Under the pieces are notes generated by a model. That model was not told where the DNA came from and searched no databases. It was given only the letters and a program-made list of their open reading frames with translations. Below are positions 19,271 to 29,474 of a DNA stretch of 64,000 nucleotides, in pieces. Both the position numbers and the translations under genes were made by a program. Every line of letters starts with the position of its first letter. Positions within the stretch are counted from its first letter, which is position 1. The DNA is from Tepidisphaera sp. GTDB taxonomy: Bacteria > Planctomycetota > Phycisphaerae > Phycisphaerales > UBA1924. The stretch lies in assembly GCA_050916045.1 (NCBI GenBank), contig CP051526.1:2848001-2912000 (forward strand), given 5' to 3'.

Positions 19271-20104
19271 ATGAAGCAAGCGAAGCCACACACCCGACCA
19301 CGCACAGCTGGGCCATTCCCGCCAGGAGACGCACGAACGCGGCCGGGCGATGCTCTCCCTGCGCACACGTCGGCACCCGCCGGCTCGGATGGTCCGGCCG
19401 AACGCGGCCAAGCGGTACGTGTGCTGTGCGTTGACGACCACGCGGTGCTTGTCGAAGGACTGGCAGCGCGGTTCGCCCTCGAAGATGGCATCGACCTCAT
19501 AGGCCGCCTCACGACCGCCGCGCGACTGGTGGAAGAGTGCGACCGGCGGAAGCCGCACGTCGTTATCCTCGATATCGAGATGCCGGGCCCCGACGCCTTC
19601 GAGATGGCTGACCGCTTGAAGCACCGTCGCGGAGACGCACGGGTCATGGTGCTGAGCGCGCATATTCGTGATGCTTTCATCTCGGCTGCGTTCCGGGCCG
19701 GTGCGAGCGCGTACTTCTCCAAGTCAGATAGCCTTGCCGACATTGTTCGAGGCGTCTACGAAGTGGCCCGGAGCAAACCGAACGACTTTCTTCTTGGACC
19801 CAAGGTGCGTGAGCGGTGCCTTCCTGTGGCGGCCGGGAGAGCTCTCGCTCCACTCGGCAGTGACTCTCGCTTCGCCAGAAGCACTGGCGCTCCGGCGACT
19901 CTGTTGTCGTCACTCACCCCGCGGGAAGCGGAGATTCTGCGCTTCATCGGCAAGGGCATGTCGCGGACGCAGATTGCCGCCGAGTTGTGCCGCAGCGCCA
20001 AGACCGTCGATGCACACCAGTCGCGGATGATGAAGAAGCTTGGCATCGCCGCACGGGCGGACTTGATGCGCCTCGCCATCCGCGAGGGCCTCGCAGAGGT
20101 GTGA
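19271..20104 (+). CDS. NarL/LuxR-family response regulator
   Basis: Receiver domain (CVDDH, ILDIEMPG) and HTH (LTPREAEIL..IA.EL.RS.KTV..H). Confidence 0.95.
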   Translation: MKQAKPHTRPRTAGPFPPGDARTRPGDALPAHTSAPAGSDGPAERGQAVRVLCVDDHAVLVEGLAARFALEDGIDLIGRLTTAARLVEECDRRKPHVVILDIEMPGPDAFEMADRLKHRRGDARVMVLSAHIRDAFISAAFRAGASAYFSKSDSLADIVRGVYEVARSKPNDFLLGPKVRERCLPVAAGRALAPLGSDSRFARSTGAPATLLSSLTPREAEILRFIGKGMSRTQIAAELCRSAKTVDAHQSRMMKKLGIAARADLMRLAIREGLAEV

Positions 20105-20229
20105 GGCGGGCGGCGATGTGGGAAATGTCCGTCATGGATCAATGCCCTTGTGGCCGCCAAGATGCTCCCAGTCATCGTGATGCTCCGCCAGTACGGCTCA
20201 GGAGTGTCGGATCACCGGAGGACCCACTC

Positions 20230-20799
20230 ATGAAGACATCAACTATCACCCGCGAGGACCCGAAGCATCTCACGGAACCAGTCACCACCTCCGGCATCGG
20301 GGAAGTGCAGGGCCGTGAGCACGTGCAACGCACGGCGCTCGCGCTCGATGCGAACGCCGCTCTCGCGAGCGTGGAAAGCCTGCGGCAGTTGCTCGCAGAC
20401 ACCATCACGTTGCGTGACTTGTACAAGAAGCACCACTGGCAGGCGTCCGGGCCCACGTTCTACATGCTTCATCTGCTCTTCGACAAGCACGCGGCCGCGC
20501 AGTCGAGTCTGGCCGACCTGCTCGCCGAGCGAGTGCAGACGCTCGGGGGCGTCTCCTTGGCGATGGGCGCGGATGTGGCGGCGATGACGCTCATTCCTCG
20601 CGCCCCGGCCGGCCGAGAAGGTGCCGCGGCTCAGTTGGCCCGCCTGCTTCACGCGCATGAAGTGATTCTGCTGGAAGCGCGTGCCATGGCAAGAGATTCT
20701 GCCGCGTCTGGTGATGTCGGCACCAACGACATTATCGTGTCGGATGTGATCCGAACGGGAGAGCTGCAGGTGTGGTTCCTTGCCCAACACGTCGATTGA
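20230..20799 (+). CDS. dps: Dps-family DNA protection / ferritin-like protein
   Basis: LADTITLRDLYKKHHWQASGPTFYMLHLLFDKH..DLLAER..DVGTND..ELQVWFL; GGAGG upstream of ATG 20230. Confidence 0.93.
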   Translation: MKTSTITREDPKHLTEPVTTSGIGEVQGREHVQRTALALDANAALASVESLRQLLADTITLRDLYKKHHWQASGPTFYMLHLLFDKHAAAQSSLADLLAERVQTLGGVSLAMGADVAAMTLIPRAPAGREGAAAQLARLLHAHEVILLEARAMARDSAASGDVGTNDIIVSDVIRTGELQVWFLAQHVD

Positions 20800-20825
20800 G
20801 AGGGGCTCTGGCGTGTCGCACGCCG

Positions 20826-20960
20826 GTTGCCGCAGACGTCGGCCACGTGAATCTGTCTGGCGACATCCGTTTACGGGATGCACGGACGCAAGCGGAGTCC
20901 GCTGCATGGGGCGCGCTCGGCGTGACGGGTGTCGAGAACGCGTTCAGCGTGTCGCCTTGA
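20826..20960 (+). pseudogene. BON-domain fragment
   Basis: VAADVGHVNLSGDIR..AESAAWGALGVTGVENAFSV* matches the C-terminal part of a BON domain; no plausible start or N-terminal half. Confidence 0.6.
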
Positions 20961-21082
20961 TCTGAACAGGCGTGATGGCATGCCGACAGGCTGCCACCAC
21001 GATTCCGGGCTGGCCACGGCCTGTACTCGGCCTTTCGCGTCGTGATGATCGGTGTGACGGCACAAGCAAAGGGGACCCTCTC

Positions 21083-21280
21083 GTGTCAGCATCCACTTCC
21101 AAGCTTCTCAGTATGGTGTGCTTCGTTCTGGGCTTTCTGTCGATCGCGGCCTCTATCGCGATCTGGGCGTTTTACAAGGGCGGTGACCCGGCGCATGGTG
21201 AGCGGTTCGGGATCTTTGTCGGGCTCTGGGCACCGACTTTCCTTATTCTCTCCGAACGACTGAGAGTTCGTGTGCCATGA
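21083..21280 (+). CDS. Small two-TM membrane protein
   Basis: GTG start; LGFLSIAASIAIW..HGERFGIFVGLWAPTF; stop overlaps the tspO start. Confidence 0.75.
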   Translation: MSASTSKLLSMVCFVLGFLSIAASIAIWAFYKGGDPAHGERFGIFVGLWAPTFLILSERLRVRVP

Positions 21281-21798
21281 CGCCGACGCTGCCGCACAAC
21301 CACGCGCCTGACTCACGCTCGTCGTCAGTCTCCGCGCTTCGGCAAGCTGTCGCCCTTGTCGGGTGGCTGACTTTATGCTTTGCAGCCGCGGGCACATCGC
21401 TGTTCGTGACCACAGACGGCTGGTTCGAGAGCCTCAGGAAACCAGTCTGGAATCCCCCTCCTTGGATCTTTGGTCCGGTCTGGACGCTCCTCTATGCGAT
21501 GATGGCCGTCGCCGCATGGCTTGTGTGGAGAGATGGCGGCTGGAAGGCCCACCGGCGTGCACTTGGCGTGTTCTGCCTGCAGGTGCTGTTCAACGCCCTG
21601 TGGACCCCGCTCTTCTTTGCGGCGCATCAACCGGGCGTGGCGTTCCTCGACATCGTGCTCCTGTGGATCACACTCGCGGTTACAACCGTCCTGTTCTGGC
21701 GCATCTCCACACTGGCGGGTCTGCTGCTGCTTCCGTACCTCGGATGGACAACCTTCGCGGCGGTCCTGAACTTCACCATCTGGCGCATGAACCCATGA
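21277..21798 (+). CDS. tspO: TspO/MBR tryptophan-rich sensory protein
   Basis: [45 protein letters not shown]. Confidence 0.95.
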   Translation: MTPTLPHNHAPDSRSSSVSALRQAVALVGWLTLCFAAAGTSLFVTTDGWFESLRKPVWNPPPWIFGPVWTLLYAMMAVAAWLVWRDGGWKAHRRALGVFCLQVLFNALWTPLFFAAHQPGVAFLDIVLLWITLAVTTVLFWRISTLAGLLLLPYLGWTTFAAVLNFTIWRMNP

Positions 21799-24236
21799 CT
21801 CATCGCATCCAGGACGGCCCCCATTCAGATGAGCTGGCGCTCCCGCACCCCGCGGGTGCGACGCTCGGCACCGCTGAGCTGGCGTTGCTCGACGCCTACT
21901 GGCGTGCGGCCAACTACCTGTCTGTGGGCCAGCTCTACCTCTGGAGCAATCCGCTTCTCAGACGGCCTCTCACGATCGCTGACGTGAAGCCGCTTCTCGT
22001 CGGGCACTGGGGAACGACTCCTGGACAGAACTTCATCTACGCCCACCTCAACCGCGTCATCAAGAAGTTCGACCTCAACATGATCTACGTCTCCGGCCCG
22101 GGGCACGGGGGACCTGCCGTCGTCGGCAACACCTACCTCGAAGGCACCTATACCGAGATCTACCCCGACATCACACAGGACGAAGCCGGCTTGCGGAAGC
22201 TGTTCAGGCAGTTCTCCTTCCCCGGAGGCATACCAAGTCATGCGTCTCCGGAGTGTCCGGGGTCGATCCATGAAGGTGGTGAGCTTGGTTACTCACTCAG
22301 CCACTCGTTCGGTGCCGTACTTGACAATCCGAGCCTTGTCGTCGCGTGCGTGATCGGCGATGGGGAGGCGGAGACCGGTCCGCTCGCCACGGCGTGGCAC
22401 TCAAACAAGTTCCTTGACGCTGCAACGGACGGCGCGGTTCTTCCGATTCTGCACCTGAATGGCTACAAGATCTCGAGCCCGACTGTTCTCGCACGCATTC
22501 CCCGGCACGAGCTTGACCAACTGCTACGTGGCTATGGGTGGCTCCCGCACTACGTCGAGGGGTACGAACCCGCGCTGATGCACGAGTTGATGGCCACGAC
22601 TCTGGATGCGGTCTGCGAGCATATCAGGTCGATCCAGCACGACGCCCGCGTGAATGGCAACGCGGCTCGCCCGCAGTGGCCGATGATCGTTCTCGTTTCA
22701 CCAAAGGGCTGGACGGGTCCGCAGCTGGTCGATGGCTTTCGAGTGGAGGGGACGTTTCGCTCGCACCAGATCCCGCTCTCCATCTCGCCGACATCGGCAC
22801 CGGAGCATCTCAGGCAGCTGGAAGCTTGGCTTCAGAGCTACGACCCGGCCACACTCTTCGACGAACAGGGCCGTCTGAACGCCGATCTGGCCGCTCTCGC
22901 CCCGGACGGCGACCGGCGCATGGGTGCCAACCGACATGCCAACGGCGGGCAGCTCCTCCGCGATCTGCACATGCCCGACTTCCGGGAGTATGCCGTCGAT
23001 GTGCCCACACCCGGCGTGCGCGGCATCGGCGACACGCACGTGCTCGGTCCGTTCCTCCGAGATGTGGCGAAGCTGAACAGCGCACAGCGCAACTTCCGAG
23101 TGTTCGGGCCGGACGAGACGCTCTCGAACGGCCTGGAGGCTCTGTTTCAGGTGACGGCACGACAATGGAACGCCGTCACGCTCCCGAGAGATGAGAGTCT
23201 GGCCCCAAGCGGCCGCGTGATGGAGATGCTCAGCGAGCATCAGTGCGAAGGGTGGCTTGAGGGCTACCTGCTCACCGGTCGCCACGGTCTCTTCAACAGC
23301 TACGAAGCGTTCATTCACATTATCGACTCGATGTTCAACCAGCATGCGAAGTGGCTTAAGGTGACGGCGACGCTGCCATGGAGATATCCGATCGCCTCGC
23401 TGAACTACCTGCTCGCGTCGCACGTCTGGAGGCAGGACCACAACGGCTTCACGCATCAGGACCCGGGGTTCCTCGACGTTGTCGTGAACAAGAAGGCCGA
23501 GGTTGTACGGGTGTACCTCCCGCCGGATGCGAACTGTCTGCTCTCCGTGATGGACCACTGTCTCCGCAGCCGCCACTATGTGAACGTCGTGGTCGCGGGT
23601 AAGCACCCTGCGCCACAATGGCTAACCATGGATCAAGCTGCCGCCCACTGCAAAGCGGGGATCGGAGTCTGGGCCTGGGCGAGCAGCGACGCGACCGGTG
23701 AGCCGGACGTGGTCATGGCGTGTTGCGGAGATGTACCGACGCTGGAGACCCTCGCGGCGGTCTCGATCCTGCGGGCGCACTTGCCTGCCCTCAAGGTGCG
23801 AGTAGTCAACGTCGTCGACCTGATGCGACTTCAGCCAGCCGTCGAACACCCCCACGGGCTAAGCGACGCGACCTTCGACGAACTGTTCACGAAGAACAAG
23901 CCGGTCATCTTCGCCTTCCACGCGTACCCGTGGCTGATACACAGATTGACGTATCGCCGCACGAATCACGGCAACATCCATGTCCGCGGGTACAAAGAGG
24001 AAGGCACGATCACAACACCCTTCGACATGACCGTGCTCAACGACCTTGATCGGTTCCATCTCGTGATGGACGTGATCGATCGAGTACCAGGTATCCGCGA
24101 CGAGGGTACGAACCTCAAGCAGCGGCTTGTCGACAAGCTCATCGAGCACAAGCAGTACATACACACCAACGGCCGAGACATGCCGGAGATTCGTGACTGG
24201 GTCTGGGGTGTACCAACGACTCACGTTCTTGCCTAA
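21795..24236 (+). CDS. xfp: Phosphoketolase (xylulose-5-P/fructose-6-P)
   Basis: [65 protein letters not shown] 21795 overlaps the tspO stop. Confidence 0.97.
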   Translation: MTHRIQDGPHSDELALPHPAGATLGTAELALLDAYWRAANYLSVGQLYLWSNPLLRRPLTIADVKPLLVGHWGTTPGQNFIYAHLNRVIKKFDLNMIYVSGPGHGGPAVVGNTYLEGTYTEIYPDITQDEAGLRKLFRQFSFPGGIPSHASPECPGSIHEGGELGYSLSHSFGAVLDNPSLVVACVIGDGEAETGPLATAWHSNKFLDAATDGAVLPILHLNGYKISSPTVLARIPRHELDQLLRGYGWLPHYVEGYEPALMHELMATTLDAVCEHIRSIQHDARVNGNAARPQWPMIVLVSPKGWTGPQLVDGFRVEGTFRSHQIPLSISPTSAPEHLRQLEAWLQSYDPATLFDEQGRLNADLAALAPDGDRRMGANRHANGGQLLRDLHMPDFREYAVDVPTPGVRGIGDTHVLGPFLRDVAKLNSAQRNFRVFGPDETLSNGLEALFQVTARQWNAVTLPRDESLAPSGRVMEMLSEHQCEGWLEGYLLTGRHGLFNSYEAFIHIIDSMFNQHAKWLKVTATLPWRYPIASLNYLLASHVWRQDHNGFTHQDPGFLDVVVNKKAEVVRVYLPPDANCLLSVMDHCLRSRHYVNVVVAGKHPAPQWLTMDQAAAHCKAGIGVWAWASSDATGEPDVVMACCGDVPTLETLAAVSILRAHLPALKVRVVNVVDLMRLQPAVEHPHGLSDATFDELFTKNKPVIFAFHAYPWLIHRLTYRRTNHGNIHVRGYKEEGTITTPFDMTVLNDLDRFHLVMDVIDRVPGIRDEGTNLKQRLVDKLIEHKQYIHTNGRDMPEIRDWVWGVPTTHVLA

Positions 24237-24519
24237 AGGTCGCCGACTCGGCCAGATACGCCACCGAGAGCTCGGCGTCAGTCCCTTATGAGACCTATCC
24301 GCCAAACACGAACGGTTCATGGAAGCGGCACGGGCGACACGTTCGCGACGCACCTCGCTCGAGCGGGGATCATTCCGGGTAAGCGAGAGAGCCTCCCGGC
24401 CGCACGGCACGCGCTTGTCCATCGTGCACGTCGCAACGAAGCCGCTCAGCGTGGTCGATACAGTGTCGACAAGGAAGCCGAGGGCCGCTTCGAGGTGCGG
24501 ATCTCGGCGAGGAGCAACA

Positions 24520-25173
24520 ATGCTGCTCACTAGTGCTCGTCCGACTCAGCGTCTCTTCGTCATTCGCCACAGTGATACCGACTGGACCGACGCGCATCGT
24601 CACACCGGAAGCACCGACCTTCCTCTCAACTCCGGGGGAGAAGCCCACGCGATGCGGTTGGCATCGCGACTCAAGGGGATGACGTTTGCCAAGGTCTACA
24701 CCAGCCCGCTCGCTCGGGTCCGACGCACATGCGCCATTGCTGGCTTTGATGCCCAGGCGGAGATTGTCCCGGACCTCACCGAGTGGAAGATGGGCGACGA
24801 TGAGGGCCGCACGACCTTCGAGATTCAGCGCGACCGACCTGGATGGGACATGTTCCGCGACGGGCCGTTGCACGGCGAGGTCCTTGCGCAGGTATTCGCA
24901 CGCGCGCAGAGATTCCTGAAACTCTCGCAGGAATGGAGCGGCGACACGGCCGCTTTTGCGAGCGGCCAGATTATCCGGTGCATCGCCGCTTGCTGGCTGG
25001 GACTGCCGCCCTCGGCCGCGAGGTGCTTTTCCGTCGACACATGCAGCGTGGGCATTCTGTCGTACGACGCCAGCCGAACTGAGCCCACCGTTGCCCTTTG
25101 GAATGATGTCGGAGACCTTGCCTTGCCGCGTCACCGCGTTGCGAGCGTGATGAATGGGGGGATCGGCGCATGA
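24520..25173 (+). CDS. Histidine phosphatase (phosphoglycerate mutase-like), with divergent active-site motifs
   Basis: VIRHSDTDW..HTGSTDLPL, TSPLARVRRT, DLTEW, LWND; GAGGAG upstream of ATG 24520. Confidence 0.85.
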   Translation: MLLTSARPTQRLFVIRHSDTDWTDAHRHTGSTDLPLNSGGEAHAMRLASRLKGMTFAKVYTSPLARVRRTCAIAGFDAQAEIVPDLTEWKMGDDEGRTTFEIQRDRPGWDMFRDGPLHGEVLAQVFARAQRFLKLSQEWSGDTAAFASGQIIRCIAACWLGLPPSAARCFSVDTCSVGILSYDASRTEPTVALWNDVGDLALPRHRVASVMNGGIGA

Positions 25174-26546
25174 CGCTCCCCCCCACCGCTGTTGTTGTGA
25201 CCGTCAACGGCGGATCCTCGAGCATCAAGGTTTCGCTCGCAACCGGCGATGCCACCGCGACCGACCGCCAGATTCGCTTCTTCTCTGCCAGCGTGGACCG
25301 AATCGGTAGCCCGAGCGCGGTCCTCACCACCCACGCCGCCTCCACCTCGTCCGCGGACACGCGGTCACTGCCACATGCCATGCTCAAGGACGCGATCATC
25401 GCGATTCTCGGCACGGTGAAAGACCACATCGGCACCGCCTCCATCCGCGGCATCGGCCACCGCATCGTTCACGGCGGCGCCTCGCTCCATGAACACCAAC
25501 TCATCACTCCGGTCGTCCTCGCTGCTCTCAAGACGTCCCAGCACTTCGACCTCGCCCACCTCCCCCGCGAGATCGCGCTCATCGAGAGCTTCGCCGAGGC
25601 CTTTGCCAACACTCCACAGGTTGCCTGCTTTGACACCACCTTCCACCGCGACATGCCCCGCGTCGCCCAACTGCTTCCAATCCCGCGCCGCTATTTCCGC
25701 GCTGGCCTTCGCCGCTTCGGCTTCCACGGCCTCTCCTACACCTCGCTGATGCAGCAACTCTCCGCCATCGCCGGCCCGACGGTTGCCCATGGCCGCGTGA
25801 TCCTGGCACACCTGGGCGCTGGCGCGAGCATGGCCGCTGTGCACGGGGGCAAGCCGATCGACACCACGATGTCCTTCACGCCCCTCTCCGGCCTCGTCAT
25901 GGCTACGCGTCCGGGCGACCTTGACCCCGGCCTGCTCTGCCACCTGCTCGGCACGCTCGGCGAAGCTGGCACAACGAAGCAGCTCGCCGCAAAGCTGAAC
26001 GCCATGCTCTCCACCGAGTGCGGCCTGTTGGGCGTCAGCGAACTCTCCGGCGACATGCGCGACCTGCTCGCAGCCCGAGAGACCAACCCTCAAGCCGCCG
26101 ACGCGATCAATCTCTTCTGCCGCCAAGCCCGCAAGCACCTTTGCGCGCTCGCAGGAACAATGGGCGGAGTCGAAGCCATCGTCTTCAGCGGCGGCATCGG
26201 TGAGCATTCGCCCGAAGTGCGAGCCGCCATCTGCGATGGACTGCAGTTTCTTGGCGTCCGCCTCGACACGATCAGAAACTTCGAGGGTCATGGCGTGATC
26301 TCGTCCGCAGATGCCCCGATCGCGGTCTATGTGTTGCCCACGGACGAGGAAGCGGTGATTGTCACGATCGTGCGCCCCCTCGTCGGAGCGCTCGCCACGG
26401 CAGAACCAGTCGCGGACTCACGCCCCAATGCGGAACCGAACTCTGAGCCTGCGAACCGCAGGACACTTTCGCCGCCGACACTGGCCGCGGAACAGACGAT
26501 CACTCCCGCGCGATCACCCGACGCTGCCTTCCATCTCCATCCATAA
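25170..26546 (+). CDS. ackA: Acetate/propionate kinase
   Basis: NGGSSSIK, GHRIVHGG, CFDTTFH, RFGFHGLSY, HLGAGAS, DTTMSFTP, FSGGIGE, TDEE. Confidence 0.95.
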   Translation: MTLPPTAVVVTVNGGSSSIKVSLATGDATATDRQIRFFSASVDRIGSPSAVLTTHAASTSSADTRSLPHAMLKDAIIAILGTVKDHIGTASIRGIGHRIVHGGASLHEHQLITPVVLAALKTSQHFDLAHLPREIALIESFAEAFANTPQVACFDTTFHRDMPRVAQLLPIPRRYFRAGLRRFGFHGLSYTSLMQQLSAIAGPTVAHGRVILAHLGAGASMAAVHGGKPIDTTMSFTPLSGLVMATRPGDLDPGLLCHLLGTLGEAGTTKQLAAKLNAMLSTECGLLGVSELSGDMRDLLAARETNPQAADAINLFCRQARKHLCALAGTMGGVEAIVFSGGIGEHSPEVRAAICDGLQFLGVRLDTIRNFEGHGVISSADAPIAVYVLPTDEEAVIVTIVRPLVGALATAEPVADSRPNAEPNSEPANRRTLSPPTLAAEQTITPARSPDAAFHLHP

Positions 26547-26597
26547 GCCATCGCCCACACCACACAAGCCTGACCGAACGAAGGGAACCCGAACGAA

Positions 26598-29168
26598 GTG
26601 CACACTACGCCCACGCGATTGCCCCACGCCGTCTCCCCCTTGCCCACCGACATCCCCGGGGTGGCGCAGCTCGCCGCGCTCGCGCTGGACATGCGCTGGT
26701 CATGGAACCACGCCTCCGACACGCTTTGGCGCACCCTCGACGCGACGCTCTGGGACCTTACGCAAAATCCTTGGGCCGTCCTGCAAGCCGTCTCTCGCGA
26801 CCGCCTGATCGCCACACTCTCCCAACCGGAGTTTCGCAAGGAGGTCGACGCCCTTACCGCCACTGCCGAACAGGGTGCCTCCGCGCCCGCGTGGTTTCAT
26901 ACGCATCATGCAACCTCGCCCCTCCGGACCGTCGCGTACTTCAGCATGGAGTTCATGCTCAGCGAAGCCCTGCCCATCTACTCCGGCGGCCTGGGCAATG
27001 TCGCGGGAGACCAACTCAAAGCCGCAAGCGATCTGGGCGTTCCCGTCGTCGGCATCGGTCTCCTCTATCAGCGGGGCTACTTCCGTCAGGAGATTGACCA
27101 CAACGGTGCGCAGCAGGCGCTCTATCCCTTTAACGATCCCGGCCAGCTTCCCATCACTCCCCTTCGCTTGCCGAGCGGCGAATGGCTCCGCCTCGAAGTC
27201 TCGCTCCCGGGCTACTCCGTGTGGCTCCGCACATGGCAGGTGCAAGTCGGGCGCGTACGGCTCTATTTGCTCGACAGCAACGACCCCGCCAACACGCCCG
27301 CGCATCGTGGCATCACCAGCGAGCTCTACGGCGGCGGGCCCGAAGTCCGCCTCAAGCAAGAACTCGTCCTAGGCCTCGGCGGCTGGCGACTGCTCACGGC
27401 GCTCGGTATCCAGCCCGATGTCTGCCACCTCAACGAAGGCCACGCCGCGTTCGCCGTGCTCGAACGCGCCCGCGCGTTCATGAAAGCCACGTCGCAGCCG
27501 TTCGACGTCGCCCTCGCCGCCACGCGCGCCGGCAACCTCTTCACGACGCACACCGCCGTCGCCGCGGGCTTTGATCGCTTCCCACCTGCTCTCATCGAGC
27601 AGTACCTCGGCCACTACGCCACCGAGAAGCTCGGCATCTCGCTCCACGATCTCCTCACCCTCGGCCGCGTCAATCCCCAAGACGCCAGCGAGCCCTTCAC
27701 CATGGCCTACCTCGCCGCCCGCGGCAGCGGCCGCATCAACGCCGTCAGCCGCTTGCACGGCGAGGTCAGCCGCGCACTCTTCGCTCCTCTCTTCCCACGC
27801 TGGCCCATCGCCGAGGTGCCCATCTCGCACGTGACCAACGGCGTCCACACGCCCACGTGGGATTCCGCCGGGGCCGACGACCTCTGGACCACGCACTGCG
27901 GCAAGCACCGCTGGCTGGGCAGCATGGGCTCTCTCGAAACCAACATCCGCGCCATCCCGCTCGAGCAACTCTGGCAGTGCCGCAACCACTCCCGCGCCGC
28001 GCTCGTCACCTTCGCCCGTGAGCGCCTCGCCCGTGAACTCGCCGCGGGCGGCGCATCCGCCGAAACCGTCGCTGCCGCGAAGCAGCAGTTCGATCCCAAA
28101 GTCTTGACGCTCGGCTTCGCCCGCCGCTTCGCCAGTTACAAACGTCCCAACCTGCTCCTGCACGACCCCGCGCGTCTGCTCCGCATCCTGACCAACACGC
28201 AGCACCCCGTGCAACTCATCATGGCCGGCAAAGCCCACCCCGCCGACCTCGAAGGCCAGGCCCTCATCCAGCAGTGGACGACGTTCATCCGCCAGCCGCA
28301 GGTCCGCCCGCACGCGATGTTCCTCGCCGACTACGACATGCACCTCACCATGCACCTGGTGCAGGGCGTCGACGTCTGGCTTAACACGCCGCGGCGTCCA
28401 TGGGAAGCCTGCGGCACCAGCGGTATGAAGGTGCTGGTCAACGGCGGCCTCAACTGCTCGGTCCTCGACGGCTGGTGGGCGGAAGGCTTCGACCCCGCGC
28501 TCGGCTGGGCCATCGAGGGCGGTGAAGTTCACTCCGCCACGCCCGAAGGCACGCGCGAGCAAGACGCCGCCGACGCCGAGCGGCTCTACACGCTCCTAGA
28601 ACGCGAGATCATCCCCGAGTTCTACAGCCGCGATGCCAGCGATGTGCCGCAGGCGTGGACCACCAAAGTCCGCGAGAGCATGGCGCGCCTCACGCCGCAG
28701 TTCTCCGCCAATCGCAGCGTGCGCGAGTACACCGAGCAGCACTACATCCCCGCCGCGGCGGCGTATCAGTCTCGCTCCGCAAACACCGGTGCGCTCGCCA
28801 AGCAACTCATTGAGCAGCAACACGCGCTCAACGCCGCGTGGCCCAACATTCACATCGGCCCCGTCACCATCGAAACCAAAGACAACACGCACACCTTCAC
28901 CGCAAGCATCAACCTCGCAGGCCTCGATCCCAGCGCCGTCACGGTCGAACTCTTCGCAAACGCCGCCACGCCCGGCGAAGCCCCAACACGCATCACAATG
29001 CAACGCGCCGCAACCGCCGCATCCGCAACCGCTACTCCCAACACCACCACCTACACCGCCCAAGCCCCCGCCATCCGCCCCGCAACCGACTCCACCATCC
29101 GCCTCACCCCGCACCACGCCGCCCTCGCCACCCCACTCGAAGACCGCCGCATTCTGTGGCAGCACTGA
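26598..29168 (+). CDS. glgP: Alpha-glucan (glycogen) phosphorylase
   Basis: YFSMEF..YSGGLG, HLNEGH, TNGVH, FARRFASYKR, AGKAHPAD, EACGTSGMK, LDGWW. Confidence 0.97.
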   Translation: MHTTPTRLPHAVSPLPTDIPGVAQLAALALDMRWSWNHASDTLWRTLDATLWDLTQNPWAVLQAVSRDRLIATLSQPEFRKEVDALTATAEQGASAPAWFHTHHATSPLRTVAYFSMEFMLSEALPIYSGGLGNVAGDQLKAASDLGVPVVGIGLLYQRGYFRQEIDHNGAQQALYPFNDPGQLPITPLRLPSGEWLRLEVSLPGYSVWLRTWQVQVGRVRLYLLDSNDPANTPAHRGITSELYGGGPEVRLKQELVLGLGGWRLLTALGIQPDVCHLNEGHAAFAVLERARAFMKATSQPFDVALAATRAGNLFTTHTAVAAGFDRFPPALIEQYLGHYATEKLGISLHDLLTLGRVNPQDASEPFTMAYLAARGSGRINAVSRLHGEVSRALFAPLFPRWPIAEVPISHVTNGVHTPTWDSAGADDLWTTHCGKHRWLGSMGSLETNIRAIPLEQLWQCRNHSRAALVTFARERLARELAAGGASAETVAAAKQQFDPKVLTLGFARRFASYKRPNLLLHDPARLLRILTNTQHPVQLIMAGKAHPADLEGQALIQQWTTFIRQPQVRPHAMFLADYDMHLTMHLVQGVDVWLNTPRRPWEACGTSGMKVLVNGGLNCSVLDGWWAEGFDPALGWAIEGGEVHSATPEGTREQDAADAERLYTLLEREIIPEFYSRDASDVPQAWTTKVRESMARLTPQFSANRSVREYTEQHYIPAAAAYQSRSANTGALAKQLIEQQHALNAAWPNIHIGPVTIETKDNTHTFTASINLAGLDPSAVTVELFANAATPGEAPTRITMQRAATAASATATPNTTTYTAQAPAIRPATDSTIRLTPHHAALATPLEDRRILWQH

Positions 29169-29208
29169 GCGAGCCTGCCGCGCGGGCACGGACCCCGCCG
29201 CGTCAACC

Positions 29209-29418
29209 GTCGCGTCTGCCGATTCAGTTGTCGCGCTTGACGGCTCGCCCGTCGCGTGCGACGGCTGACCTGTCGCGTCCGCCGGTCCTTGCGGACGGCA
29301 CGCCAAGCCGCCTGTCGCGTGCGACTTGTGATTCGTCGCGTCCGCCGACTGAAGTAACGCGTCCGACGGGCCGATGATCGCGTCTGACGCCCCCCCCGTC
29401 GCGTCGCGGGCTTGGTGC
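29209..29418. repeat. Intergenic array of 10 x 21-bp units with a conserved core and a variable part
   Basis: Units start at 29209, 29230, 29251, 29272, 29293, 29314, 29335, 29356, 29377 and 29398; consensus GTCGCGTSYGMCG + ~8 variable nt. Confidence 0.9.
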
Positions 29419-29474
29419 CCGGAACCATGTGGACGCACCGCGAGGGAGGGGGGGCGGCGTTTGGAGACCTGCAC

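Noticed and set aside
24288..24533. 81-aa ORF between xfp and the phosphatase
   Set aside because: No recognisable motif or clear RBS; cannot be supported.
29209..29418. CRISPR array
   Set aside because: The period is only 21 bp with ~8-nt variable parts and degenerate cores, and no cas genes are in the window.
28596..29474. 292-aa minus-strand ORF through the 21-bp array as a definite gene
   Set aside because: Most of it is antisense to glgP. Only the heptad part is notable, and it is kept as an alternative in the array finding.
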